Below are positions 16,629 to 30,727 of a stretch of 64,000 nucleotides of DNA, in pieces. Origin of the DNA: Candidatus Algichlamydia australiensis (GTDB lineage: Bacteria; Chlamydiota; Chlamydiia; Chlamydiales; JAJFMI01); NCBI GenBank assembly GCA_033977065.1, contig JAXCHI010000004.1, positions 192,001-256,000 on the forward strand, in the 5' to 3' direction. The notes beneath the pieces were generated by a model that was not told where the DNA came from, did not search any database, and was given only the letters and a program-made list of their open reading frames with translations. The position numbers and the translations under genes were made by a program. Every line of letters begins with the position of its first letter. The stretch's first letter is position 1.

Positions 16629-17925
16629 GCTCAAAGGAGATCTTTACGAAGAGCAGAGAGCTGCTGTTGAGGGGCTATCGCGCGCACTTTTACTTGGGGT
16701 ATACACAGCTGCCCAGGAAAAAGAGCAAGCGAAAGAGCATTTAAACGAGCTTGAAGATCTTTCTAATACGTATGGTTTTGAGGTGGTCAAAAAACTGCCT
16801 GTGCATTTAAGACAAATCTCTTCAAAAACAGTTTTTGGTTCGGGAAAGATTGAAGAGATTCGTGAGATGATTGAAGAGCTCAAAATCGATCTTGTGATTT
16901 TGGATGATGAGGTTTCACCTAATCAGCAGCGCAACTTAGAAAAAGAGTTTAAAAAACCGATTCTGGATCGTACGGAGCTAATTTTAGAGATTTTTTCCAA
17001 GCATGCGAAGACAAAAGAGGCCAAGCTGCAAATTGAATTGGCAAGCTCCCGTTATCAGTTACCGCGCCTAAAGCGCCTCTGGACCCACTTATCCCGTGAA
17101 ACTTCAAAAGGTGGATCGAGTTTTTCTCGTGGGATGGGGGAGAAGCAGATTGAGGTCGATCGCAGATTGATCAAGAGCCGTATCGCTTTTTTGCAAAAAG
17201 AGATTGAAAAAGTGCGTGTGATACGCAAGACGCAGCGCCGACAACGCCAGCGTACAAAGATTCCAACTTTTGGAATTATTGGGTATACAAATGCGGGAAA
17301 ATCGACTCTTTTGCACGCTCTTACCGAGGCAGATGTACTGCGCGAAGATAAGCTTTTTGCTACTCTTGACACAACAACGCGTAAGTTTCATCTCCCCAGC
17401 GGTCAGCCCATTTTATTAATTGATACAGTGGGCTTTATTCGCAAAATCCCCCACCATCTCGTTGCGGCTTTTAAAAGCACTTTGGAAGAGGTGCTCTACA
17501 CCGATATTTTATTGCATGTAATCGATACCTCTCATCCCGCGGCGGTGGAGCAGGCTTTAGAGTCATTAAAGGTTTTAAAGGAGCTTGGCGGAGAAAAAAA
17601 ACCGATGGTTACGCTGCTCAATAAGACAGACAAGCTTACATCTTCCGCTTTTTTGCATCGCTTAAAACTGCGCTTTGTTAAGACTGTTCCCATTTCAGCT
17701 CTCTCTAAAGAGGGCTTTGAGGAGCTTTTAGAACGCATGGAGCATGAGATTCGCGCCCTGCGATCAAGTGTGCGTTTGCGTGTACCTCAAAGTAAATTTG
17801 AGCTGATTGCACGCGTTCAGCGTGAGGGACGGGTGGACAAGATCGACTATGAAGAAAATGATGTGCTCTTGGAGGCAGATATTCCCAAGGTGCTTGAGCG
17901 TGAAATGAAGGAGTATGTCCTATGA
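16621..17925 (+). CDS. hflX: GTPase HflX
   Basis: GYTNAGKST, DKLFATLD, DTVGFI, NKTD. Confidence 0.97.
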   Translation: MAELKGDLYEEQRAAVEGLSRALLLGVYTAAQEKEQAKEHLNELEDLSNTYGFEVVKKLPVHLRQISSKTVFGSGKIEEIREMIEELKIDLVILDDEVSPNQQRNLEKEFKKPILDRTELILEIFSKHAKTKEAKLQIELASSRYQLPRLKRLWTHLSRETSKGGSSFSRGMGEKQIEVDRRLIKSRIAFLQKEIEKVRVIRKTQRRQRQRTKIPTFGIIGYTNAGKSTLLHALTEADVLREDKLFATLDTTTRKFHLPSGQPILLIDTVGFIRKIPHHLVAAFKSTLEEVLYTDILLHVIDTSHPAAVEQALESLKVLKELGGEKKPMVTLLNKTDKLTSSAFLHRLKLRFVKTVPISALSKEGFEELLERMEHEIRALRSSVRLRVPQSKFELIARVQREGRVDKIDYEENDVLLEADIPKVLEREMKEYVL

Positions 17926-18599
17926 TCGCAGAAGAGATGCCAAGAGAGAGAATGCTTGCACAGGGACCCGATGCGCTCTCTGTGAGCGAGCTGATTGCCA
18001 TTTTGCTTGGCACTGGAGTTCGCGGAAAGGGGGTTACAGACTTTGCTAAAGATTTGCTTACGCAGTTTGGGAGCATGCGCGCGCTTTTTGAGGCGCCGCT
18101 GCAAGAACTGATGGCAGTCAAAGGCATTGGCACAGCTAAAGCTGTTCAACTTAAAGCTGCTTTCTCATTAGCCCTGCGACTTCTCCAGGAGAGTCGCCAA
18201 AGAAAAAAAGAGATTGTAACACCGAGAGATGCCTATGAGCAGCTAAGCACACACTTTTTCTTTCACGATCGTGAGGAGATGGTGGTGCTTTGCCGTGATA
18301 CACGAGGCAATTGCATTGCTCTTGAGCCGATTACAAAAGGCGTTTTAAATGAGGTCAGCTATCACCCTCGCGAAGTACTACGTGAGGTCTTGCGTCATCA
18401 AGCTTACTCGTTTGTTCTAGCGCATAACCATCCCAGCGGAGATCCCACTCCCTCACAAGCAGATAAAGAGGTGACATTTGCCTTAGTGCAAGCAGCGCAT
18501 GTTGTGGGCATTCGTCTTGATGATCATCTTATTGTGGGGGATCACTCTTATTATTCGTTCTTTGAATCTAGAAATATCCCTAGTCGAACTCGTTACTAA
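17922..18599 (+). CDS. radC: RadC family JAB-domain protein
   Basis: PRERM, ELIAILLGTG, GIGTAKA, AHNHPSGDPTPSQAD, LDDHLIVG. Confidence 0.95.
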   Translation: MIAEEMPRERMLAQGPDALSVSELIAILLGTGVRGKGVTDFAKDLLTQFGSMRALFEAPLQELMAVKGIGTAKAVQLKAAFSLALRLLQESRQRKKEIVTPRDAYEQLSTHFFFHDREEMVVLCRDTRGNCIALEPITKGVLNEVSYHPREVLREVLRHQAYSFVLAHNHPSGDPTPSQADKEVTFALVQAAHVVGIRLDDHLIVGDHSYYSFFESRNIPSRTRY

Positions 18600-18629
18600 T
18601 AACTAAGTTAATTTTTTAAAATTTACAAA

Positions 18630-18750
18630 ACTCGGGTTACTACCCAATTTCTCCTATGGAGAGAGTATTTTATAAATATTTCTGAAATTTGAAACTAAAC
18701 AGATTACGAAAAGGCTCCTTCTAGAGGGGGAAGGGGGCTGCAATTCGAGT
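18630..18750. mobile_element. MITE family B (IS982-like ends), copy 1
   Basis: Ends ACTCGGGTTAC / GCAATTCGAGT flanked by a TTACAAA direct repeat; homologous to the 21154 and 21348 copies. Confidence 0.7.
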
Positions 18751-18764
18751 TTACAAAATCGCAA

Positions 18765-20951
18765 TTAAAAGATTGCTCCCTTAGGAGGGAGGATTCGGCT
18801 TCTGATGAAATTAGCTGCCTCTTCATTTGCCTCTTCATTCTGTAAATTTTCAATTTCGCGATCAATCGAGCTCCGTTCTCCTTGGCTAATTAGCTTGTCT
18901 ATTAACAAACGCACACAATCATCATCGCCTGCTTTGGCAGCTACCGAAAGTAGTGAATGTTTTGCTAGTTGAATATCTTCTTGTTCCAAAAAGAATTTTA
19001 CAATTTCTCTTGTTTCTTCTATTTTTTCATTTTCAGGATTAGTGACGTTTTGTATCGCGCAATGAAGAGGTGTGTTGTACGCTTTATCAAGAGCATTAAT
19101 ATTTGCTTTAAAATCTTCTACAAGGGAAGTTACCATTTTTAAATTATTTTGCATTACAGCAATATGCAAAACAGTAAAGTAGTTCTTAGGCTCTCTTGTA
19201 TTAATATTAAAATATCGACTAACTGACTCTAAAATCTTTGATTGTGGGTATGCTATTTTATGTACTACTGCCATATGTAGAGGAGTTACGTGAGGAAATA
19301 ATAGATCCTGGGATTTATCAAGCAGCATCTTGGCTATCTCAATATTCCCGTGTCTAGTTGCAAGTGCTGCAAGCGAAATCTCACCTTCCAATAAAATATC
19401 AGCGGTAGCTCCCTTTTCCAATAAAAAATTTACAGTCTCGTTATTACTAGAACATACTGCACAATACAGAGGAGTGCAGTAGTCATTTGTTTTTGCCTCA
19501 ATATTTGCCCCTGCCCCATGCAAAGCCTTAACAACTTTTGTGCTACTATACATCACTGCAAGATGAAGAGGAGTGTAGCCGCCATTTGTTTTTGCCTCAA
19601 TATTTGCACCTACACGAAGAAAAGCCTTAACAATTTCTAAGCAATTATATCGTGCTGCAAAATGAAGAGGAGTGTAGCCGTCATCTGTTTTTGCCTCAAT
19701 ATTTGCCCCTGCCCCATGCAAAGCCTTAACAATTTCTAAGCAATTATATCGTGCTGCAAAATGAAGAGGAGTCGAATTATCGTCTGTAAGTGCATTAATA
19801 TTTGCCCTTGCCTCAAGCAAAGCCTTAACAGCTTCTGTGCGATCATATTCCGCTGCAAGATGAAGAGGAGTTAAATTATCGTCTTCAACTGCATTAATAT
19901 TTGCCCCTGCCTCAAGCAAAGCCTTAACAGCTTTTGTGCAACCATTTTGTGCTGCAAGATGAAGAGGAGTCTTATCTTTATTTGTTTTTGCCTCAATATT
20001 TGCATTTGCACTAAGAAAAGCTTCAACAATTTCTAGGTGATTATTTCGTGCTGCAAGATGAAGAGGAGTCTTACCTTTATTTGTTTTTGCCTCAATATTT
20101 GCACTTGCACTAAAAAAAGCTTCAACAGTTTCTAGGTGATTATTTCGTGCCGCAAGATGAAGAGGAGTTAAATTATCGTCTTCAACTGCATTAATATCTG
20201 CCCCTGCCTGAAGCAAAAACCTGCTAGTTTGTGTGAGACCATAGTCCGCTGCAAGATGAAGAGGAGTCGAGTTTTCGTCTGTAACTGCATTAATATCTGC
20301 CCCTTTCTTAAGCAAAGCCTTAATAATTTCTATGTGATCATATTGCACTGCAATATGAAGAGAAGTCCAACGATTATTTTTAGTTGCATTAGGATCTGCT
20401 TTTGCGTCAAGCAAAGCCTTAACAATTTCTAAGCAATTATATCGTGCTGCAATATGAAGAGGAGTCAAATCATTGTCTGTAACTTCATTAATATCTTTCT
20501 CTCTACGAAGATAAAAATTTACAGCTTCTAAATGGTTTAATTTTATAGCCATAAAAATTGGGTGAACTTTAGGCTTTTCCTTGTTTTCAAAGTAATTAGA
20601 TAGTTTTTCACACACTCTAACCCAAAAGTCTAAGTCACCAGTTATCGATTCTTTATTTTTAATGAGCCAGTCGATGTCCCCTTTGTCTGCATAATCTAAC
20701 ACTGTTTTATTTGAATTTATCTCAGCTTCTGATTGAGAAGCTTCTGTTAGACGTTGACGTTTTTTGGGTATTTGGGAAGAGGTGGGATTTTCTTCATCTG
20801 CAAGCCTTTTCCCAGTGTGAGTAACTCTGTCTTTTAAAGTCGGTGGAGTATTGCCATTTGACACGTTTGGTAAAATAGGCAAAGTATTTGGTTTGCTGGT
20901 ATGGCTAGTAGGTTCTTCTTGATGTTTAGGGCCTGCTTGAATTGATTGCAT
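18765..20951 (-). CDS. Ankyrin-repeat protein, candidate effector
   Basis: More than 12 TPLHLAA...GANI(N/E)A repeats; disordered N-terminus. Confidence 0.95.
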   Translation of the reverse strand: MQSIQAGPKHQEEPTSHTSKPNTLPILPNVSNGNTPPTLKDRVTHTGKRLADEENPTSSQIPKKRQRLTEASQSEAEINSNKTVLDYADKGDIDWLIKNKESITGDLDFWVRVCEKLSNYFENKEKPKVHPIFMAIKLNHLEAVNFYLRREKDINEVTDNDLTPLHIAARYNCLEIVKALLDAKADPNATKNNRWTSLHIAVQYDHIEIIKALLKKGADINAVTDENSTPLHLAADYGLTQTSRFLLQAGADINAVEDDNLTPLHLAARNNHLETVEAFFSASANIEAKTNKGKTPLHLAARNNHLEIVEAFLSANANIEAKTNKDKTPLHLAAQNGCTKAVKALLEAGANINAVEDDNLTPLHLAAEYDRTEAVKALLEARANINALTDDNSTPLHFAARYNCLEIVKALHGAGANIEAKTDDGYTPLHFAARYNCLEIVKAFLRVGANIEAKTNGGYTPLHLAVMYSSTKVVKALHGAGANIEAKTNDYCTPLYCAVCSSNNETVNFLLEKGATADILLEGEISLAALATRHGNIEIAKMLLDKSQDLLFPHVTPLHMAVVHKIAYPQSKILESVSRYFNINTREPKNYFTVLHIAVMQNNLKMVTSLVEDFKANINALDKAYNTPLHCAIQNVTNPENEKIEETREIVKFFLEQEDIQLAKHSLLSVAAKAGDDDCVRLLIDKLISQGERSSIDREIENLQNEEANEEAANFIRSRILPPKGAIF
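19430..20500. repeat. 99-bp tandem DNA repeats encoding ankyrin units
   Basis: Recurrent GATGAAGAGGAGT and TTTTTGCCTCAATATTTGC at a 99-bp period; several units near-identical. Confidence 0.9.
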
Positions 20952-21033
20952 AATAATATTTTTTGTTTATTCATTAATAATAAGGGATTTTGATCTATTT
21001 TTCAATAAAAATCCCTTGTTTTATAAGAAGATA

Positions 21034-21147
21034 TCTTCAAATTAATTTTTGTTGAGCTTTTGAACTCAATTTAAGCGAGTAATATCAATCTACGGATATA
21101 ATTCGCTTAAAATGAACCGAAACATCGACTGAATTTTAATTTGAAGA
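21034..21147. repeat. Palindromic element (family D)
   Basis: TCTTCAAATTAA...TTAATTTGAAGA outer arms; inner TTTAAGCGA..ATATC / GATAT..TCGCTTAAA. Confidence 0.65.
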
Positions 21148-21153
21148 CAACCT

Positions 21154-21304
21154 ACTCAAGTTGCTACCCCCTTTCCCCCTCTGGAGAGATCCTTTTTGCG
21201 ACCTGTTTCGTTTAAAATTTCTGTAGATTTTTAAATTTTTTTTATTTAGATAAAAATTTAGTGATTACACAAAGCGAATAAATATAAAGTACAGTGCTTG
21301 GAGT
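21154..21304. mobile_element. MITE family B, copy 2 (degenerate right end)
   Basis: ACTCAAGTTGCTACCCCC...CCCCCTCTGGAGAGATCCTTTT is an inverted homolog of 18680-18750. Confidence 0.55.
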
Positions 21305-21347
21305 CGCCTTGAATATAAAATATTTTTAAGTGGTTTTTTTCTTAAAA

Positions 21348-21459
21348 ACTCAAGTTGCTGACCAGTCTCCTCTATAGTAAGAGGGATTTTTGATGAGGTG
21401 TTTCGTTTTAAATTGCAGGTTGCGAAAAGGGTCTGTCTAGAGGGGGAAGCAACGTGAGT
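21348..21459. mobile_element. MITE family B, copy 3
   Basis: ACTCAAGTTGC...GCAACGTGAGT flanked by a TTAAAA direct repeat; abuts the marC stop codon. Confidence 0.7.
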
Positions 21460-22047
21460 TTAAAAGGCTTGACGAATCTGTTCAAAAACCCCATTCATAA
21501 TCATTTGAACAGCAATTAAGGTTACGAGTAAGCCACCAATTCTTTCAAAAGCAGAGATCCCTTTTTCGCCAAGGAGTTTTTTGATTGTAGGTGCAAAAAG
21601 GGCGATAGCAAGGGAGGGAATCCATGCGATTAAAATGAGGAGAGAAGTGAGAGCGCCACTATCTAACTGCTCAGCAAAAATCATGACAGCGCTTAACGAT
21701 CCAGGACCTGCGATGCAGGGGATTGCCATAGGGAAGACAAAGGGTTCTTGAGTGGGCTGCATATCCATATCTCGCTCTTCGGGGAAGACCATTTTTACCC
21801 CAATTAGGACAAGGAGGATACCGCCACCAATACTGAGAATAGCAGGAGTAATTCCGAGAGCACTTAAAGCTTTAGCGCCTGTGAATCCAAATAGAAAGTA
21901 GGCTCCGAGTGCAATAGACATCTCGCGTAAAATAATTTTTCGCTGTCTAGCAATTTCATAACGCGCAAGCAGGCCGATAAAGATCGGTAGATTTCCAATA
22001 ATGTTGATGATCGCAAAGAGCGAAATAATTTTTGGGCCAATTTCCAT
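21460..22047 (-). CDS. marC: MarC family membrane protein
   Basis: NIIGNLPIF, GGILL, PMAIPCIAGPG, ERIGGLL. Confidence 0.9.
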   Translation of the reverse strand: MEIGPKIISLFAIINIIGNLPIFIGLLARYEIARQRKIILREMSIALGAYFLFGFTGAKALSALGITPAILSIGGGILLVLIGVKMVFPEERDMDMQPTQEPFVFPMAIPCIAGPGSLSAVMIFAEQLDSGALTSLLILIAWIPSLAIALFAPTIKKLLGEKGISAFERIGGLLVTLIAVQMIMNGVFEQIRQAF

Positions 22048-22104
22048 AAGTACTTCTTATGTTACTCAATTTCGTTATAATTGGAAAGTTGATACACTAT
22101 ATGG

Positions 22105-23352
22105 ATGCATCAAAAGAAGTTTACCATTGCAACACTTGGTTGCCGTACCAATCAATACGAATCACAAGCCTATACGGATCAACTTGAAGCTGCTGGTTTT
22201 GTGCAAGCAAAAAAGGGTGAAGAGGCAGGTGTCTGTATTGTCAATACTTGCACTGTAACACAATCGGCAGATGGGCGTAGTTTTGCTGCAATTCGCAAAC
22301 TGATGCGCAACCACCCCAATGCAAAAATTGTCGTGACAGGCTGCATGGCCGAGCGCGAAAAGCAAAAAATTGAATCTATTGATCCTAAAATTCAGGTAGT
22401 AGGCAATAACGAGAAGGAGCATCTACTTGAGCTCGCGCTGCCTGAAGTGGAAAATTTTCCGGAGTTTTCAATTAAAAATTTTGAGGCGCATACGCGCGCG
22501 TTTGTAAAAATCCAAGATGGCTGCAACTCTTACTGCTCCTATTGCATTATTCCTTATGTACGGGGTCGTTCGCGCTGCAAGGATCGCAAGGTCATTTTGC
22601 AGGAGGTCAAAGATCTTATTGCCAATGGGTATAAAGAGATTGTTTTAACTGGGATTAATATTGGTGATTTTGAAGGATTGGCTAGCTTAGTTCGTGAGAT
22701 TGACCAGATGGAAGGTTTGAGGCGTTTGCGTCTCTCTTCTATTGATCCCGATGAGGTCGATGAAGAGCTCTTGCGCGCGATCATTGATGGCAAGCGTACA
22801 TGCAAATCGATGCACATTGTTTTGCAGGCAGGCTCGAATGTTGTGTTAAAACGCATGCGGCGCAAATACACAAGGGAAGAATTTTTTGATACGGTGCATC
22901 GCTTGCGCGCTGCACATCCCGACTTTACTTTCACAACAGATGTCATTGTTGGCTTTCCCGGTGAGACAGAAGAGGATCATGCAGAGACTTTAGATGTAAT
23001 CTCTCAAGTACGTTTTGCTAAGGTGCATATGTTTCCCTACTCTGATCGTCCTAAAACACGCTCTGCGCGCATGCCGAATAAGGTGCCCAAAGCGATGAAA
23101 GAGAAGAGGCGTCAAGAGGTAATGCGTAAAGCGGAAAAAGTGGCGTTTGACATGCGTAAAGAGTATGTTGGTAGAGTGATGGATGTGCTTTTAGAAGGAG
23201 AAGATCCGCTAAGAGAGGGCTACATCCGCGGACACACTGATAACTTTTTGCTTGTCTCTCTTCCTAAAGAGGGGGTGCGCTCCAACGAAATTGTCTCTGT
23301 AAAATTAGAAAAAAATGAACCCGACTGCTTAGTAGGTACTCATGCAAATTAA
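22105..23352 (+). CDS. mtaB: tRNA t6A methylthiotransferase
   Basis: TLGCRTNQYE, NTCTVT, KIQDGCNSYCSYC, HMFPYSDRPKT, TRAM domain. Confidence 0.93.
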   Translation: MHQKKFTIATLGCRTNQYESQAYTDQLEAAGFVQAKKGEEAGVCIVNTCTVTQSADGRSFAAIRKLMRNHPNAKIVVTGCMAEREKQKIESIDPKIQVVGNNEKEHLLELALPEVENFPEFSIKNFEAHTRAFVKIQDGCNSYCSYCIIPYVRGRSRCKDRKVILQEVKDLIANGYKEIVLTGINIGDFEGLASLVREIDQMEGLRRLRLSSIDPDEVDEELLRAIIDGKRTCKSMHIVLQAGSNVVLKRMRRKYTREEFFDTVHRLRAAHPDFTFTTDVIVGFPGETEEDHAETLDVISQVRFAKVHMFPYSDRPKTRSARMPNKVPKAMKEKRRQEVMRKAEKVAFDMRKEYVGRVMDVLLEGEDPLREGYIRGHTDNFLLVSLPKEGVRSNEIVSVKLEKNEPDCLVGTHAN

Positions 23353-24298
23353 AGTTGCGCAGCGTTTTAAACCCTTTTCTCACACTCCCGGCGTAAAAGC
23401 GTCTCTGCCATGGAGCCATTTATGTGTACAAGCCTTTCCTACAAAGATTATAGTTGGGGATCAAGAGCTAAATTTAGAAGTTACAGGCCCAGTAAAAAAC
23501 TTTACTCTAATTCAAGATTTAGAGAGAGGGGAGATTCGTGTTTTTGGCACACCTTTGGAAGGCTACTTTGAATTTATTATCCGCGCAAATGAGTGGATTC
23601 TCTCCCGCTGTCCGAAAAATGGGTTGAAGATCAATGGTAGAGTGCACCAACACGCTGATCGAGTCGAAATTGCGTCTGAGAGCATGCCCAAAAAAGATCT
23701 GGAGCGCCTCGCTCTTGGCTGTCACAAAGAGCAGGAGTTTGTCAAAATGGCAAAACGCCAAGATATGGCAGAGATTTTGCCTTTCTGGTTTTTTCTGGGG
23801 CAGCAGTTGCCCAAAGCAGACGGGGTACACCCTCTTTTAACAGAGGGTAAGTTGGAAGAGCTTTTTCAAGTAGGTTTTGATGATCTCTTTTGCCCCGATT
23901 TTTCTGATAAAAAACACTTGGGAATGAATGTTGAAGGGGCGCGAGGAAATAGGCGCGTACTTTTAACGGAGGGGGCTCAGCAGATTCGTGAGCGTTTTTT
24001 CAAACGCGAAGGAAACAGACTTACGCTCTTAACAGATTCCACTTTCTCTGAGGGGCGCTTTATTGATCTGCAAGAGAAGGGCCTGGGAAGGGTGCATTTT
24101 GAGTGGACAAAGCATAAAATGCGCCGCTTTATCTTAGAGAGTGATCTTGAAGGAGAGGTTTCTCTTCTCTTGCCTAAATCGCTTAAATCGTGCAGGTTGC
24201 GATTCTCTGTTCAAGAGCGAGGCCGAGAACTATTACTAGACTCTCCATTTTTTGTGCAAAAAGGGCAGAAAGTTTATCTAGATCGATTTCAGAAGTAA
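23342..24298 (+). CDS. Chlamydia-type conserved hypothetical protein upstream of glgB
   Basis: 318-aa ORF overlapping the mtaB stop; RFKPFSHTPG N-terminus, YLDRFQK C-terminus. Confidence 0.7.
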   Translation: MQIKVAQRFKPFSHTPGVKASLPWSHLCVQAFPTKIIVGDQELNLEVTGPVKNFTLIQDLERGEIRVFGTPLEGYFEFIIRANEWILSRCPKNGLKINGRVHQHADRVEIASESMPKKDLERLALGCHKEQEFVKMAKRQDMAEILPFWFFLGQQLPKADGVHPLLTEGKLEELFQVGFDDLFCPDFSDKKHLGMNVEGARGNRRVLLTEGAQQIRERFFKREGNRLTLLTDSTFSEGRFIDLQEKGLGRVHFEWTKHKMRRFILESDLEGEVSLLLPKSLKSCRLRFSVQERGRELLLDSPFFVQKGQKVYLDRFQK

Positions 24299-24381
24299 CT
24301 AATAATTAGCCATTTGTATTATTAGTATAATTAAATTAATATATTGTTATAATTAAATTAAGAATAAATATAGGTTTAATT

Positions 24382-24684
24382 ATGACAAAGGTTTCTGAAA
24401 CAGCACAAAAAACAACTATAGCAGCACAAGAGAGTAAAAGTATAAGCTCGCTTACCAAGCTAGTAAAGTCTCTTCTTAACAAACTTTCTGAATTGTTTTT
24501 CTCGAAAAAGCCCGTAGATTTAAAAGAAAAAGAGGTTGTGCAAATAGATCCTCTCACCAGAAAAGAAGGAATGGAGAAATTCGCAAAACTTGTTGCTGCA
24601 AAACCAGTAAGCTCTTCCGATGCTCAGAAAAAAATTGCAGCCAGTTTTAGGTTTATGAGAAGAGTAGATGTGGAAGGTGTCTAA
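24382..24684 (+). CDS. Hypothetical protein
   Basis: 100-aa ORF behind its own AT-rich region; Ser/Thr-rich N-terminus. Confidence 0.6.
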   Translation: MTKVSETAQKTTIAAQESKSISSLTKLVKSLLNKLSELFFSKKPVDLKEKEVVQIDPLTRKEGMEKFAKLVAAKPVSSSDAQKKIAASFRFMRRVDVEGV

Positions 24685-24722
24685 CTCTTGAGTATAGTCG
24701 CTCATAGTGTTACTATGGGCGC

Positions 24723-28735
<4,013 letters not shown>

Positions 28736-28773
28736 TTCCTATAATAACTGTTTCTTAACAAGGAGTTTTTCTA

Positions 28774-29361
28774 ATGTGGAGAGCAATTATTAAAGGAAGT
28801 ATCGTAGGCGCGCTTGTTGCCTTTGCGTGGAGTTTTTTTTCTTGGGTAGTTCTGCCCTGGCATGAAAACACAGTACATCAATTTCAAAATGAAGAGTATG
28901 TCTCATGGGCCTTAAAAGAGAATACGAAGAAGCATGGCATCTATGTTTACCCCTCCTGTAGTGAAAAAGAGGGCATGACTAAAGCAGAGAGAAACGCCTC
29001 CTGGAAAGATTACCAAGAAAAAGTAGAAAAAGGGCCTTACGTTTTTGCCTCTGTTGTCCCAAAGGGATTTAAGTTTAATATGCTTTTGAGCCAATTACAA
29101 ATGATTGTTGCGCTGCTAATAGCAGCTGGTATCATAAGCTTTTTGCTGCTCAAGTCACAATTTACGACTTATTTTGGAAAAGTTTTTTTTGTTACACTTA
29201 TCGCTCTAGTAGCGGGAATTTTAGTCGATTCGATTAATTGGATCTGGTGGCAATTTCCGACACACTTCACAGCAGTAAACATGATTGATCAAGTGATCAC
29301 TTGGTTTATTGCAGGTTTAGCAATGGCCCCTGTTGTGAAGATCAAACACCAACGGGGATAA
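28774..29361 (+). CDS. Hypothetical membrane protein (about 4 TM)
   Basis: AGGAG Shine-Dalgarno; hydrophobic segments. Confidence 0.75.
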   Translation: MWRAIIKGSIVGALVAFAWSFFSWVVLPWHENTVHQFQNEEYVSWALKENTKKHGIYVYPSCSEKEGMTKAERNASWKDYQEKVEKGPYVFASVVPKGFKFNMLLSQLQMIVALLIAAGIISFLLLKSQFTTYFGKVFFVTLIALVAGILVDSINWIWWQFPTHFTAVNMIDQVITWFIAGLAMAPVVKIKHQRG

Positions 29362-30673
29362 TTTCCCCAATAAGAGTTTGGTGGTTATGACTGTGAAGCT
29401 TAACATTTTGCAGTGTGCCTACCAGACTCTTATCCCCTTCAAAAATCACATTTTTCCAGCAGCGCGTACGCCCTTTTAATCGTCCATCTTTTTTGTTGAT
29501 CGATTCAACAAGTACCTCTACGGTATCACCAATCATGTGAGCTCTCTCTTCTGATGCAAAACCGTTGTAAAGGTCCATTAAGCGATGGAGGCGCTCCTGT
29601 TTTACCTCTTCTGGAACATTGTCTTTCCAGCGCATAGCAGGTGTGCCTTTGCGCGGGCTAAAGGCGTAGAGAAAGGCAACAGAGTAACGAAGTTCTTTAA
29701 AAGCGTCATACGTCTCTTCAAACTCCTCATCTGTTTCGGTTGGAAAGCCGACAATGATGTCAGTGCCGAGAGAGACGTTAGGAACGATCTCGCGTAACAT
29801 CGCCACTTTTTCAAAATACTGCTCCTTGGTATAGATACGGTGCATCTTTTTTAAGATGCGCGAAGAGCCAGCTTGAATAGGAAAATGGACAAATTCACAG
29901 AGTGATGGCAGATCGCGAATTGCCTCCATCAGCTCTTTAGTGATATCGATAGGATGGCTTGTCATAAATCGTATGCGCTCTATGCCATCAATTTTATCCA
30001 ATCGGTGGAGTAGATCGTGAAAGAGGCAGTTCCACTCCAGCTGATCTTTTCCATAACTATTTACATTTTGGCCAAGAAGAGTGATTTCCTTGTAGCCAGC
30101 GTCTGCAAGTCGCTTAACCTCTTCTTCAATACTTTCGGGAGGGCGGGAGACCTCTTTTCCTCTTGTGTAAGGGACAACACAGTAAGTACAAAATTTATCA
30201 CAACCGCGAATGATAGAGACATAAGCTTTTACTTTGTCATCGCGTTCCGCAACAAGATAATCTAAATTTTCTTCAAAACGATCATCTGTTTTGAAGCTTT
30301 TTTTGCCCTCAATCACTTCGTCTAGAACAAGATTTAAGTCGGTAATGTTATTGGTACCGAGAACAAAGTCAACATTGGGAAGTTTGCGAAATAACGTCTC
30401 CTTTTTGGCCATTGCCATGCATCCCGTAACACCTATGATAGGACGATGTGTCTTGCTGCGGCCTAAAATTCCAATTTTACCCATCGCCTTACGCTCTGCT
30501 AAATCGCGTATTGAACAAGTATTAAAAATAATTAGATCAGCCGAATCTTCCGTTAAGGCACGAGCAAGACCGCGGCGTTTGAGTTGGCCATGCATGATCT
30601 CAGAGTCGAGTTCATTCATTTGGCAACCGTAGGTTTTTATAAAATAACTTTTTGGATCTCGTAAGGTGCTCAT
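29342..30673 (-). CDS. miaB: tRNA i6A37 methylthiotransferase
   Basis: TYGCQMNELDSE, NTCSIR, GCDKFCTYCVVPYTRG, LLGQNVNSY. Confidence 0.97.
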   Translation of the reverse strand: MSTLRDPKSYFIKTYGCQMNELDSEIMHGQLKRRGLARALTEDSADLIIFNTCSIRDLAERKAMGKIGILGRSKTHRPIIGVTGCMAMAKKETLFRKLPNVDFVLGTNNITDLNLVLDEVIEGKKSFKTDDRFEENLDYLVAERDDKVKAYVSIIRGCDKFCTYCVVPYTRGKEVSRPPESIEEEVKRLADAGYKEITLLGQNVNSYGKDQLEWNCLFHDLLHRLDKIDGIERIRFMTSHPIDITKELMEAIRDLPSLCEFVHFPIQAGSSRILKKMHRIYTKEQYFEKVAMLREIVPNVSLGTDIIVGFPTETDEEFEETYDAFKELRYSVAFLYAFSPRKGTPAMRWKDNVPEEVKQERLHRLMDLYNGFASEERAHMIGDTVEVLVESINKKDGRLKGRTRCWKNVIFEGDKSLVGTLQNVKLHSHNHQTLIGEIIPVGV

Positions 30674-30727
30674 AGTGTATGATATTACTCGATTACCCTT
30701 CCAAAATCAATAACCCTTAGCAAGAAG

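Noticed and set aside
17922..18599. radC as a prophage or ICE marker
   Set aside because: Full-length chromosomal type, coupled to hflX, with no integrase or phage genes nearby
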